NCBI GenBank assembly: GCA_007116145.1
Contig: SKJB01000019.1
Location: 10,868 to 74,867, forward strand
Origin: Limnochordia bacterium
Lineage (GTDB): Bacteria > Bacillota > Limnochordia > Darwinibacteriales > DTU012
Direction of reading: 5' to 3'
Length of the DNA stretch: 64,000 nucleotides
This document shows positions 29,415 through 39,367 of this stretch, one piece after another. Position numbers and translations under genes: made by a program. Position 1 is the stretch's first letter, and each line of letters opens with the position of its first letter. The notes below the pieces were generated by a model. The model ran no database searches. It saw only the letters and a program-made list of their open reading frames with translations, and was not told the origin of the DNA.

Positions 29415-30920
29415 ATGAAACTAAAACATATTTTACTAATTATCGGCTTAGCTCTTTTGCTTGTTATCTGGTACTTTCGCACCTGGTTTCAAGGACTCGC
29501 ACTTTACTTCTATGCAACTCCAGTGATTTGGCAGGTGCTTATACTCACCTTCACCCTACACTACGGTGTCTTTAAGCAAATTCCAGCTCTAAACAAGAAA
29601 CAAGAAATAAAAATAGACCAAAATAATGCAGAGGAAGTTACAGCTGCAGGTCTGATTTCTTTTTTTCTCTTCTTTCTATTACTTATTCCCGGTTTGATCA
29701 CTGCAAATATTGCTCGTGGTGTACACTTAGCGCAAACCGTAGATTATCAGTTCCGTGATACATTACCCGAGTCCACAGATGATATCCGACTCATGCCGTA
29801 TCATGTAGCGAAACGCTACGCAAAGGACTCACTACAACTGAGCCAATTTAAACTCGGCACAGAAAACATTGCATTGATCGACGGTAAATTACAATGGGTC
29901 TTCCCCTTAACGCCTGATGGGCTAGTAATCACTTTTTTACAGAAAAACAAAGGAATCGTCACGGTTGACGCAACCACAGAAGAAAAGAATTCTCGGCACT
30001 ACTGGGAAGACATGGAAATTGGTGAAGGAATGCAGATCCGTGACAACCTCTACTGGAATCTTTACCGACGTCATTTTTTTGTATCAACCGATGATCCATT
30101 CTACTTACCTCATAATGATACTATCTACACTGTAGTCGGCACAATTGGCTACCGCTTTCATTTTCGCTGGGGTGTGATCTACACTTCGCCCTACTTTAAA
30201 GGGGTCTACATTGTCGACGCAGCTGGAAATAGCGAATTTGTCTTATCCGAAGCGGCTACCAACCATCCCGTCTTAGCTGGAAATCGGATTTTTCCCGAGA
30301 ATCTTACACGTACATTCGTCAATGCATACCAATACCATCTTGGCGCACTAAACAAGATATTTATCCATAAAGATCAAATCCAAATACAAGATACACCAAG
30401 TCCAGGGAGCTCCGTAAATCGCCAGCCCTACCTAATGAATACTGAAGAAGGTCTCAAGTGGTTTATTAGCACCGAACCCTATGGTGCTAGTCACGGTATT
30501 TTCAAAATTTTTGTTGTAGATGCACGAACAGGACAGATTGAAATCTATGAATTGCCACAAGATCAAACTCTAACAGGTCCCGTACGATCTGTGGACTATA
30601 TTCGCCGTTCCAACCCTGTTGTCGATTGGAGCCGATTTAATTCTGTCGAACCTCTACCTTTTGTACGAAATCAGAGTCTATTCTGGAAATTAACAGTTAT
30701 TCCATCAGATGCAGCCGGTATAGCCTATCAAGCCTTTATCGATGCAAATACCAATGAGGTGTTTGAACTACGGCAACCAGCCGATATTCAAGCATTTCTA
30801 GTTGGTAACGAGGTTGTACAACCTCGTTTGGCAGCCAGAGCAGACGACGATGTCATCAATACAATTCGAGCGAAGCTTAAGGAATTAGAACAACTGCTGG
30901 ATCAACTAGACGAAAAATAG
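29415..30920 (+). CDS. Membrane-anchored protein with 3 N-terminal TM helices and a large extracytoplasmic domain, function unknown
   Basis: The protein is 501 aa with TM segments at about residues 5-25, 30-50 and 78-100. An RBS GGAGGG precedes the start and a strong terminator follows. I recognised no motif. Confidence 0.5.
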   Translation: MKLKHILLIIGLALLLVIWYFRTWFQGLALYFYATPVIWQVLILTFTLHYGVFKQIPALNKKQEIKIDQNNAEEVTAAGLISFFLFFLLLIPGLITANIARGVHLAQTVDYQFRDTLPESTDDIRLMPYHVAKRYAKDSLQLSQFKLGTENIALIDGKLQWVFPLTPDGLVITFLQKNKGIVTVDATTEEKNSRHYWEDMEIGEGMQIRDNLYWNLYRRHFFVSTDDPFYLPHNDTIYTVVGTIGYRFHFRWGVIYTSPYFKGVYIVDAAGNSEFVLSEAATNHPVLAGNRIFPENLTRTFVNAYQYHLGALNKIFIHKDQIQIQDTPSPGSSVNRQPYLMNTEEGLKWFISTEPYGASHGIFKIFVVDARTGQIEIYELPQDQTLTGPVRSVDYIRRSNPVVDWSRFNSVEPLPFVRNQSLFWKLTVIPSDAAGIAYQAFIDANTNEVFELRQPADIQAFLVGNEVVQPRLAARADDDVINTIRAKLKELEQLLDQLDEK

Positions 30921-30930
30921 CAACAAAAGT

Positions 30931-30971
30931 AAAACCCTAGTACTCCAGGTATCGGAGTACTAGGGTTTTTT
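30931..30971. terminator. Bidirectional rho-independent terminator
   Basis: The hairpin CCCTAGTACTCC-AGGTATC-GGAGTACTAGGG has 12-bp perfect arms, flanked by AAAA and TTTTTT. Confidence 0.85.
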
Positions 30972-30976
30972 ACCCC

Positions 30977-33658
30977 TCACTGATTGAGATCGCGTCGTTT
31001 AGCAAGTTGCTCTTCCTGTTCCTTGCGACTTCGTAACCGCTCTAGATTGTGCAGCTGCCGTTGCTGCCGCTTCTCTTTACTAGCAACCCATGGCCATAGC
31101 AGTGCTTGCCACGTGACGAGCCGCACTCCAATATCGAGGACAAAGAGGAGCAGCGCCGCTAACACAAACCAGGACCAAATATCTCGATAGTCGTGGTAAA
31201 ATGTGTCACGAACTGCAAAGACTTCCGCAGGATCGGATAACTCTCGTCCATCAGTCGCTTGGGCTAAACGACCCATCAGATCCCTTTGTCCAGTAGGAAG
31301 CCTGTATTCGGGTGAATAAGGAACCACTACTCCGGTTTGCACCGAGTTCGCTGTTTGTTGCGATTCCCAATTAATCGTAACGAGATATGTACCAGAACCA
31401 GTTACATCAAAAACTCCCTGGTATTCCCCAGGTCCAGATTGATTAAGCATGATGGAGTAAAAGTCTCCTTGCGGAGCACTAACTCCTGCATCTATGGTAA
31501 GAAAGTTTAGGAAATCTCCGTTGTAATCAAGAGCATCAACAATAATTCTGCCCTGCAATTCATCTATAACAACCTGTGGGAAGACATTCTCTACCGTCGC
31601 ATCTCGCAAGACATGACGCACCATCTGCCCCACTAATTTCTCATATTCCCCAGTTCCCACCCAGTCTTGTAACCAATTTCCACCCATATCTGAAAGAAAA
31701 CTAACCGTCCGGCCCAACCCATAGCGCCAGCTTGCTAGCAATGGAGAATTATCAGGAGTTATTAAGTGCACATCTGCTAACTCGCGGGCGGTGGTGGCAA
31801 TAAAGCCATGAATCTTCGGAACTGCGGCCCAACTAATTTCAGCAACTAGTGGTGTTTGCGCAAGGGGAATCGGTTGAAAAGACTCCTCACTAATTGCATG
31901 GCGAATCATCCGACTCGTTTCTGCCACAAAGATTTGGGTGATTTCGTTAATATCTGTAGTATAGTAGAGTTCGCCTCCACCCCAGTTAGCTAGGTCTGTC
32001 ATTAAGTCTAGATCGACATCATCGCCAAGGGCGATAGCACTTAAAGTAATATTAGCAGCACGCAAACGCTCTGTAATTCCGCGATAATCTGCATCCACAC
32101 TTATACCATCAGACAGGAGCACAATATGGCGTAATGCCGTTTTCTCATCAATCATTGCCCTATAGGCTTCTTGTAGTGCAGGGTAAATCAGAGTCCCACC
32201 CCCTGGTAGAAGCGGAGCTAGTTCCTCGATTAGCTGTGTTTTGTTTTGTGCCCTCTGAATCGGAATGATCCATTCGGTGTGATTATCAAAAGCTAATAGG
32301 CCGATTCGCTCTTCGCTGACAAGCATATCGAGAACAGCCACTGTTGCTTCTTTTGCCAAATCCATCTTATTTAAACCACCACTACCCAGCACCACCTCAC
32401 CCATACTGCCTGACTTATCTAACACAATCAGCATAGTCAGTGTTGGAAATAGTACGCGTTGCTCTATCCGTGAATGCACTGGGAGCATAGTCTCTAATGG
32501 TGTATCGGTGTACTCGCCCATACCAAAGCTATTTTCACCAGCAAGGGCTACTAATCCACCGCCAAAATCTCGTACATAACTTTGGAGTATTTGCAGTTGC
32601 CCGCGAGAAAAAGTACTGCTCGGCACATCATTGATTATCACAGCTGCAAAGGATTGTAACTCCTGCAAAGTAGCGGGAAATGCTGATGGCAACCGAGTTT
32701 CTACATCCATATCATGCTCTTGTAGTCCAGCGATAAAACTATCCTGTTCCGGACTAGGGTTGCTAATTAATAGAATAGGCGCATGGCCTTCAACAACAAC
32801 AAACCCGGCACCCCAATTATTCGCAAGTATCGTATCTGGCCTGGCATCCACTTCAACTCGATACCGGTGAAAACCACCAGATGAGATACTTTGCTCATAC
32901 ACAAAACCATTAACGCCTGGTTCGAGTATAACTTCCTCTTCCTCAACAAGCCGATCGTTATGATATAAGCGCAAGGTACCTTCGGCTTTTTGTGTACTCG
33001 ATATGCTGACACGCAAAGGAAACTCTTGGTTGCGGCGTACTCGCGGTGCCATGAACACCTGATCAACTAACACTTCAGGTCCATTTTCGCGGCTTAGAGG
33101 ATAAACGTCAATGGGTATACCGTTTTCGCGGAAAACCAAGGCCGTTTGCAGCGCAGACCCCATGTTTTGCTCCCCATCACTTAGGATTACAACCCGACGA
33201 TTACCGATCTGGGACAAATGATCCAAGGCTAAGTCTAGACCTGCCTGTATATTCGTGTAATTAGATTGCACCGTGGAGTGGAAATCAGTAAACAATACAT
33301 TGTTTTGAGGCAATGCTTCCACTACCGCATTAGCCCCAAACACTACAATACCTACACTATCTTCCTTTTGTTGATACGCAAGCGACTCCGAAATAAAGTC
33401 TCTTGCCCTATCTCTTTGCTCGACCTCCATACTTGCTGATAGGTCCACCACATAGATGACGGAATTCTCATCACTAGGTAGCACTAGACGAACTTGAGCA
33501 AGAGCTGCGATTAAAAGAATAAGCAGAAAAAGGCGTAGCCCGCAAGCGATCTGTTCTTTGATAGCACGAGAACGCAAACTACGGCTATATACATAGACAA
33601 CTAGGGGTAATACACCAAGAAGTAGCAAATAGATCGGTCTTCCAAAATAGACTGGCAT
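30977..33658 (-). CDS. Membrane protein with a BatA-type N-terminal TM anchor and two von Willebrand factor A (VWA) domains plus a C-terminal TM and coiled-coil tail
   Basis: The N-terminus is of BatA_N type (PLVVYVYSRSLRSR). The first VWA domain is marked by VIYVVDLSASM...ILSDGEQN, and the second by IVLDKSGSM...LLSDGIS. A C-terminal TM is followed by EKRQQRQLHNLERLRSRKEQEEQLAKRRD; 893 aa. Confidence 0.75.
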   Translation of the reverse strand: MPVYFGRPIYLLLLGVLPLVVYVYSRSLRSRAIKEQIACGLRLFLLILLIAALAQVRLVLPSDENSVIYVVDLSASMEVEQRDRARDFISESLAYQQKEDSVGIVVFGANAVVEALPQNNVLFTDFHSTVQSNYTNIQAGLDLALDHLSQIGNRRVVILSDGEQNMGSALQTALVFRENGIPIDVYPLSRENGPEVLVDQVFMAPRVRRNQEFPLRVSISSTQKAEGTLRLYHNDRLVEEEEVILEPGVNGFVYEQSISSGGFHRYRVEVDARPDTILANNWGAGFVVVEGHAPILLISNPSPEQDSFIAGLQEHDMDVETRLPSAFPATLQELQSFAAVIINDVPSSTFSRGQLQILQSYVRDFGGGLVALAGENSFGMGEYTDTPLETMLPVHSRIEQRVLFPTLTMLIVLDKSGSMGEVVLGSGGLNKMDLAKEATVAVLDMLVSEERIGLLAFDNHTEWIIPIQRAQNKTQLIEELAPLLPGGGTLIYPALQEAYRAMIDEKTALRHIVLLSDGISVDADYRGITERLRAANITLSAIALGDDVDLDLMTDLANWGGGELYYTTDINEITQIFVAETSRMIRHAISEESFQPIPLAQTPLVAEISWAAVPKIHGFIATTARELADVHLITPDNSPLLASWRYGLGRTVSFLSDMGGNWLQDWVGTGEYEKLVGQMVRHVLRDATVENVFPQVVIDELQGRIIVDALDYNGDFLNFLTIDAGVSAPQGDFYSIMLNQSGPGEYQGVFDVTGSGTYLVTINWESQQTANSVQTGVVVPYSPEYRLPTGQRDLMGRLAQATDGRELSDPAEVFAVRDTFYHDYRDIWSWFVLAALLLFVLDIGVRLVTWQALLWPWVASKEKRQQRQLHNLERLRSRKEQEEQLAKRRDLNQ

Positions 33659-33676
33659 CGTTAGTCCCCCATTAGA

Positions 33677-35506
33677 TTACAATTTTTGCGAACGTGGTCG
33701 ATGGTAGAGATACCATTCAAGAAATAACAAAACGATTCCAAGTAAGACGATATACGGCCAGATATCCTGATAAAACGGTCCCTCTGCCTGGCGAGCTGCC
33801 ACAAAACGCTCCGAGAACACTTGTGGGCGCACATCTGACTCTTGCTTGGAGAGAAGATTGACTGCAAAGTAATCCACTGTTTCGTCATGCATTGTAATTG
33901 GATAAAAACCAACACTCGGTGTATCTAAAACAACAAACCGGTGATCTGACCAATACAGACTGATTTCCTCTCCGCGCGGATTTTTCATACTTTGGGGCAT
34001 TTTTAAGCGGCGTACTGGGAATGTATAGGCATCGCCTGCATGGACTAGAGCATAGTTAGCATCAAAAACATGAGGATAGAACCACGTAACTACGTTTGTT
34101 ACAAAGATCGGGAAACCGACCTGTAATGGCAAATTGGATTCGTACAAGTCAAAAGGTAAAACCGCGAAGCGAAAGTCTGGCTGCTCATAGATGGTTAACA
34201 AAGGACCGTGGACTCCCGAAATAATCGTTTCAAATTCCGGCGGCCAATGTAGCTGATACCAAGAACGAATTCGCAAACCACTTAAGTCCACAAATCGCAG
34301 TAGGGGATGATGCGATTTCCATCCAGTTATTTGCGCTTCACCTCGTATTAACGGCTGTCCCTCTTGTAGTTCTGGGGGATAGGTCCCAATAAATATGGTG
34401 TTACCAGAAAGATTAGCTGGTGGACTCAGGCGATCAAAGATTACTAAGTCATACAAATCCAGCTCCTGTCCAGAGACTTCGGACTTAGTAAATAACCGCA
34501 GATTCGGGATGGTTAATAGTGCTCGTTCGAGAAAGAAATTACCTGGGCTCACTAATAAGACTCGCAGCCCTTCACCAATGCCTAAAGGTAAGTATGCGGT
34601 GTTGTCAACGGCTAAATCATCAGTATGTAAGGTCACTAGATAGTTCCCGCGTCCGGTTGTGTTTAACGGGTAAAAAACAGCTTTGCTCTCCTCAGGTCCA
34701 AGTTCTATGCTATCTCGAATTATAATTCGACCTTGTAAACTTATGGACAATGGAACAATCTGTTCAACATCAGAGAAATTGCTTACTTCAATAAAAACTT
34801 GGTATTCATTTAAACGACCAGTAGCCATCGAAGCATCTAGTTTGGTAATTCCCACATTAGCAGTGTTGGTACCAATTTGAAACACTTCGAGGGTATGCGG
34901 TTTATCATAGGCTAGACCTGGATATGATCCATCGGTAAAGAACCAGATCTCTCCACTTACAGCATCTGTCAGTAGTTCACTAGCTTGCGTAAACGTTGCA
35001 GCGAGATCAAGCGCTGTATCGGTCGCTGCTAATTCCTGCAATGTGCGCATTATCCGTTGATGATCCATTGTAAACTCTTGAACAATCTCGGGTTTGGCAC
35101 TCGCTAATACGAGAGCCACCTCCGTGTCCGGATGCAGATTGCGGATTCGTTGGATAGCATCGACAACAGAAGCTGCAAAGCGGCTTGGTGTTATGTCATT
35201 TGCCTGCATACTCGCTGATCCATCGATAACCAGCACTACCTTTGTGCTTTGATAGTTTGAAATCAAAACTTGGGGCTGTGCTAATGCGCTAATCAGTAGG
35301 GCAAAAATCATTAATTGTAACACAAGTAGCCAATCAAATTCTAGGCGAAAACGGGGTTTCGGGGAGCTATAGTCTTCAATAAGCGACTTCCATAGCATGG
35401 TGGACGGGACGCGAATATCCTGACGCTTACCCTTGAGAATATAAAATACGATAATCAGTCCAGATAACAAAAATAGATAGAGTGCTGCTAAATTAAGAAA
35501 TTGCAC
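33677..35506 (-). CDS. BatA/BatB-like VWA-domain membrane protein
   Basis: The N-terminus MQFLNLAALYLFLLSGLIIVFYILKGKRQDIRVPSTMLWKSL is an aerotolerance-regulator-type N-terminus. The VWA MIDAS motif VVLVIDGSASM is present, and there is a C-terminal TM; 609 aa. Confidence 0.75.
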   Translation of the reverse strand: MQFLNLAALYLFLLSGLIIVFYILKGKRQDIRVPSTMLWKSLIEDYSSPKPRFRLEFDWLLVLQLMIFALLISALAQPQVLISNYQSTKVVLVIDGSASMQANDITPSRFAASVVDAIQRIRNLHPDTEVALVLASAKPEIVQEFTMDHQRIMRTLQELAATDTALDLAATFTQASELLTDAVSGEIWFFTDGSYPGLAYDKPHTLEVFQIGTNTANVGITKLDASMATGRLNEYQVFIEVSNFSDVEQIVPLSISLQGRIIIRDSIELGPEESKAVFYPLNTTGRGNYLVTLHTDDLAVDNTAYLPLGIGEGLRVLLVSPGNFFLERALLTIPNLRLFTKSEVSGQELDLYDLVIFDRLSPPANLSGNTIFIGTYPPELQEGQPLIRGEAQITGWKSHHPLLRFVDLSGLRIRSWYQLHWPPEFETIISGVHGPLLTIYEQPDFRFAVLPFDLYESNLPLQVGFPIFVTNVVTWFYPHVFDANYALVHAGDAYTFPVRRLKMPQSMKNPRGEEISLYWSDHRFVVLDTPSVGFYPITMHDETVDYFAVNLLSKQESDVRPQVFSERFVAARQAEGPFYQDIWPYIVLLGIVLLFLEWYLYHRPRSQKL

Positions 35507-36399
35507 TACTTAAGCCCCCTCTCCTTGCGTAATCGCTGAAAGAGTATGTGCTCTAACGGATCTGTTGTTGTGATCCTAAGATATAGATTGCCATACTCCT
35601 TGGAAAATCGGGCAAGCGCTTGGCAGTGTGCCTCCACATTTTGACGATATGCATTTACCGCAGCTTCGCTCAGATACACCTCTTTTGCTTGAGATGTTTC
35701 AGAATCAATTAGATATAAATCTGCACCCGGGGTCGGAGCAACCTCCTGTTCCGAAAGTATTTGCACTAACCAAACCTGCCAACCAGCACTACGCAAGGCT
35801 AATATACCTTGTTGATAACCTAACGGATCGAGAAAATCACTAAGCACTACAGCTAAGCCTGGTTGCTTATACTTATGCCCAAACAGAGTGAGAGCTTGAT
35901 TCACGTTTGTCTCACCCGCTGGCTCTAACTGCGCCAAAAAATCAAAGTAGGATCTTGCCCGATTCTTACTCTTCACTGGGCGCATCACTGCATCAAGACA
36001 GGATGAAAAAGCTACCGAACCCACCCGATCCGATTTTATCAGTGCAATATAACCCAAAGCCGCTGCTAACTGTGCCGCATAGTGAAGCTTTGTTGGTTGA
36101 CCATAACCCATCGATCGACTGTGATCAACGAGAAAATAAACCAAATAATCCCGTTCCTCGACAAACTGCTTAAGGAACAACTGCTCCAAGCGGGAATAGA
36201 GGTTCCAATCAATATAGCGGTAATCATCACCCCGCTGGTATTGCCGATAGTCATTAAACTCCATACCTCCACCTAAGCGTGGACTCCTTCGCTGTCCCAC
36301 TAAGTGAGTACCCTGTGTTCGTTTAGCTACCAACTCTGATTTCTCAAGCAGACGTAAAAAACTATTATCTAACAACAAGGCTCTCACCTCCTTAGACAC
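35506..36399 (-). CDS. DUF58-family protein, the VWA-like partner of MoxR ATPases
   Basis: The sequence GGMEFNDYRQYQRGDDYRYIDWNLYSR...YFLVDHSRSMGYG is typical of DUF58. It overlaps the MoxR gene by 8 nt. Confidence 0.8.
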   Translation of the reverse strand: MSKEVRALLLDNSFLRLLEKSELVAKRTQGTHLVGQRRSPRLGGGMEFNDYRQYQRGDDYRYIDWNLYSRLEQLFLKQFVEERDYLVYFLVDHSRSMGYGQPTKLHYAAQLAAALGYIALIKSDRVGSVAFSSCLDAVMRPVKSKNRARSYFDFLAQLEPAGETNVNQALTLFGHKYKQPGLAVVLSDFLDPLGYQQGILALRSAGWQVWLVQILSEQEVAPTPGADLYLIDSETSQAKEVYLSEAAVNAYRQNVEAHCQALARFSKEYGNLYLRITTTDPLEHILFQRLRKERGLK

Positions 36400-37384
36400 T
36401 CTCTGGTACCTTGGCGATTATTTCATGAATAAGCTGATCCATATCTTGTTCCGTTGCTTCTCCTTCGAAATTTAGGAGAATTCGATGGCGGAGTGCGGGC
36501 AGAGCTACAGCGCGCACATCGGCAAAACTAACAGTGAAGCGCCCTTCCATAAACGCTTTTGCCTTACCGGCTAAGATAAGAGTTTGACCTCCCCGTGGAC
36601 TCGCTCCGTAGCGAACATAATCCTTAACAGCCGTGATATTCGCCTCTGCGTGAGGATGGGTTGCTAAAATAATCCGAGCAGCATAGGTTAAGACCTCGTG
36701 AGACACAGGCATCTGCCGTACTAACGCCTGTAGCTGTAACAATGCATCACCATCAAACATTTTTGTCAGTGAAGCCTCTTCCCCAATAGTGGTTTTCAAT
36801 AAAATATCGCGTAGCTCCTCAAAGCTAGGATAGCCCACCTTGACTTTAAAGAAGAAGCGATCAAGTTGCGCTTCCGGCAAGGGATAGGTGCCTTCCAACT
36901 CCAAAGGATTCTGCGTTGCTAGAACGAAGAACGGCTGCTCTAGGTAGCGCGTTTCTCCAGCAATCGTAATACTACGCTCCTGCATGGCTTCTAATAGAGC
37001 CGATTGCGTCTTTGCTGTAGCGCGATTAATTTCATCGGCTAGAACAATTTGCCCAAAGAGGGGACCTGGTTGAAATTGAAAATATCGCCGGCCATTGGTG
37101 TCTTCCATTAAAATATTGGTACCTGTAATATCAGCAGGCATTAAATCAGGAGTAAATTGAATACGGGTAAACTTTAAATCAAAGACCTGACCGATACTGT
37201 GAACGAGCATGGTCTTTCCTAAACCCGGAACACCTTCTAACAAAACATGACCATTACACAATATAGCGGTCATCACTTGATCAATCACACTATTTAGCCC
37301 GACAATTACTCTACCAATCTCCTGTTTTGCATGTATTATCGCTTGTTGGTATTCTGCAAATTGTTTTTGCTCCAATCCATCCAT
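36392..37384 (-). CDS. MoxR-family AAA+ ATPase
   Basis: Walker A is LLEGVPGLGKT, Walker B is VLADEINRA, and the sensor region is VLATQNPLELEGTYPLPEAQLDRF; 330 aa. Confidence 0.9.
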   Translation of the reverse strand: MDGLEQKQFAEYQQAIIHAKQEIGRVIVGLNSVIDQVMTAILCNGHVLLEGVPGLGKTMLVHSIGQVFDLKFTRIQFTPDLMPADITGTNILMEDTNGRRYFQFQPGPLFGQIVLADEINRATAKTQSALLEAMQERSITIAGETRYLEQPFFVLATQNPLELEGTYPLPEAQLDRFFFKVKVGYPSFEELRDILLKTTIGEEASLTKMFDGDALLQLQALVRQMPVSHEVLTYAARIILATHPHAEANITAVKDYVRYGASPRGGQTLILAGKAKAFMEGRFTVSFADVRAVALPALRHRILLNFEGEATEQDMDQLIHEIIAKVPESV

Positions 37385-37400
37385 TCAAAATCCCTCGCTT

Positions 37401-38711
37401 CTAGTCCATTATTATCAGTGAAAAATACTCTCGTACCAAATCTCGATATGCAGCAGGTATTTGTTCCGTCGTCAAATGATTTAACAGTTCCGTTCGATAG
37501 GTCACCAACCGATCAAGCACTACATCATTTGGATGCTGTACACCTTCTTGCGGTGGTAACAATTCCTCTAAAAATGCAGTGATATAAGAATCATCACCCA
37601 TCTCTACACGGGCTCGAGACATTTCATAATCGGACTCTGTTATATCCACATCTGTGGGGGGAGCTAATCCATCATCATCAAGAGTACCTGCAGTCGATCC
37701 TTGGATTTCCGCTTCTGTGTCTTCGTCTAAGCTAAGAGCATAGCCATCGATCGGTTCGTCACCAAAATCGTAATCATCGAACTCACCGTCCATTGTCGCT
37801 GCGCGCCGCTCTCCTTCACTATGGTTATTCTCTTCCTCATCATAGTCATTGTCTGCAGGCTGATAGTTATCTCCTTCTGCATCCATTGAATCTCGTCCTT
37901 CTTCTCTGGCATCTGGAGTTTCACTGCTTTCTCGAGGCTCCCCTGGACTGTTTGGTTGCTCAAAACGACGGCGTAAAATCTCTTGACTCTCTTCCTGTTC
38001 TCGACTGAGCCTTCGTTGTAACTCATCTAGCTCCTTATACAATGTTTCTCTTTCTTCATCGCTGTCTGGTTGAAATTGGGTGAAATCCGGATCTTGCGGG
38101 CGAATACGTGTAGCTTCTCGCACTAACGAGTCACGAAATAATTCTTCAGCTAATTCTGAGATTAACTCATCATCAGAGATTTGCCGTGATGAATACGGAA
38201 TATCCACGCTTACTCTCGGGCCTCGTTGCGGTGCTAGTACCACAGCCATCACACTACAGAGTGCAATGATCAAATACTTGCGCAGCGGCTGCCATTGGAT
38301 CGTAAAGGGGTTTCGTTTATCCTCCCGTTCAAGCTCTGCGAGAACCTGTTTTATGAGTAAAGGATAAAACGGATTGGTTTTCTCCTCGTCCATTAGTTGG
38401 CAAACGGTCATCAACTTGGCCTCTAACCCTAAAGCCCTATCCGCTTGGGCTATTACTCGGCGCCGAGCAATAGGCCAAAGTAATCCCACTGCACCACTGA
38501 GAACAGGTACCAACACGATAAAAGTGATGACACCCCGCCAGTTAACCTCCATCAAAAGCCACTTCTGACTCGCTAAGCAGAGTGCAAACAGTAAGCAACT
38601 CACCATTAGACCCCACAGGCAAAAAGTAATTCCTTGGATTGTTTGCCCTCTACGTTGATAATCCTCTACGATTTTAATCAGTTCTTGATCACGGCTCATT
38701 TTTATCACCAC
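37401..38711 (-). CDS. Membrane protein with an N-terminal TM hairpin, a long acidic low-complexity linker and a conserved-looking C-terminal segment; a DUF4129-like MoxR-operon accessory protein is inferred
   Basis: TM helices lie at about residues 28-50 and 60-82. Residues 230-390 are extremely D/E-rich (DAEGDNYQPADNDYDEEENNHSEGE...). The C-terminus is ...YRDLVREYFSLIIMD. Its position directly upstream of MoxR in the same operon is the main argument for the family assignment, which is inference only. Confidence 0.4.
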   Translation of the reverse strand: MVIKMSRDQELIKIVEDYQRRGQTIQGITFCLWGLMVSCLLFALCLASQKWLLMEVNWRGVITFIVLVPVLSGAVGLLWPIARRRVIAQADRALGLEAKLMTVCQLMDEEKTNPFYPLLIKQVLAELEREDKRNPFTIQWQPLRKYLIIALCSVMAVVLAPQRGPRVSVDIPYSSRQISDDELISELAEELFRDSLVREATRIRPQDPDFTQFQPDSDEERETLYKELDELQRRLSREQEESQEILRRRFEQPNSPGEPRESSETPDAREEGRDSMDAEGDNYQPADNDYDEEENNHSEGERRAATMDGEFDDYDFGDEPIDGYALSLDEDTEAEIQGSTAGTLDDDGLAPPTDVDITESDYEMSRARVEMGDDSYITAFLEELLPPQEGVQHPNDVVLDRLVTYRTELLNHLTTEQIPAAYRDLVREYFSLIIMD

Positions 38712-38716
38712 CAGTC

Positions 38717-39367
38717 CTAACGAAATACCAATCCAAAAAAATCAAGAATTAAGTCTAATAGTAATACCATGCTTATACCTACTAGGATCCAAAGAGTCAT
38801 TTGCGTGATAATCAGTGCGCCTATAAGAATGACTGCCACTATTCCACTTACCAGCCAAGCAAAACGTCCAACAGTTTCGCCAATCGATAACTGAATCCAG
38901 CCGGTTGTCACAGCAATAACAAGAACCCTCATAATAACTGTTCCCAACATAGTGTATGACAAACCATCAACAAAGACAACTAAGAGACCAAGGGGAATCG
39001 TATTCATAATGAGTACCAAATTAAGCACAACAATAGAAAGAGCTTTAGCCATCACAATTTCGCTCATAGAGAAATGACCATACTGCTTCCACTCCCGTAC
39101 TGAGTAACGGTCCGCAAAACTAAACATTCCTTCAATAAGGTGCAGGTTAATCAGAATCAATCCACTACTGAGAGCATACCCGTATCCTACTCCCACCAAA
39201 GGTCGCTCAAAACCACGAATCAATCCATCGGGCCACATCAAGAGTAAGATGAAACCAACACCGCCAACGAGTAGAAGATTCCACACCCAAAAGAATCGAC
39301 TGTGTAGGTGTGCATAGAGATCACTAACAAATACAATAAGGAATCGTTCAATTAACACCAGCCTCAT
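38717..39367 (-). CDS. Small polytopic membrane protein, 5-6 TM helices, possibly SpoIIM/DUF95-like
   Basis: The 216-aa protein is almost entirely hydrophobic helices. It overlaps the upstream gene by 4 nt, and the family is inferred from operon context only. Confidence 0.35.
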   Translation of the reverse strand: MRLVLIERFLIVFVSDLYAHLHSRFFWVWNLLLVGGVGFILLLMWPDGLIRGFERPLVGVGYGYALSSGLILINLHLIEGMFSFADRYSVREWKQYGHFSMSEIVMAKALSIVVLNLVLIMNTIPLGLLVVFVDGLSYTMLGTVIMRVLVIAVTTGWIQLSIGETVGRFAWLVSGIVAVILIGALIITQMTLWILVGISMVLLLDLILDFFGLVFR

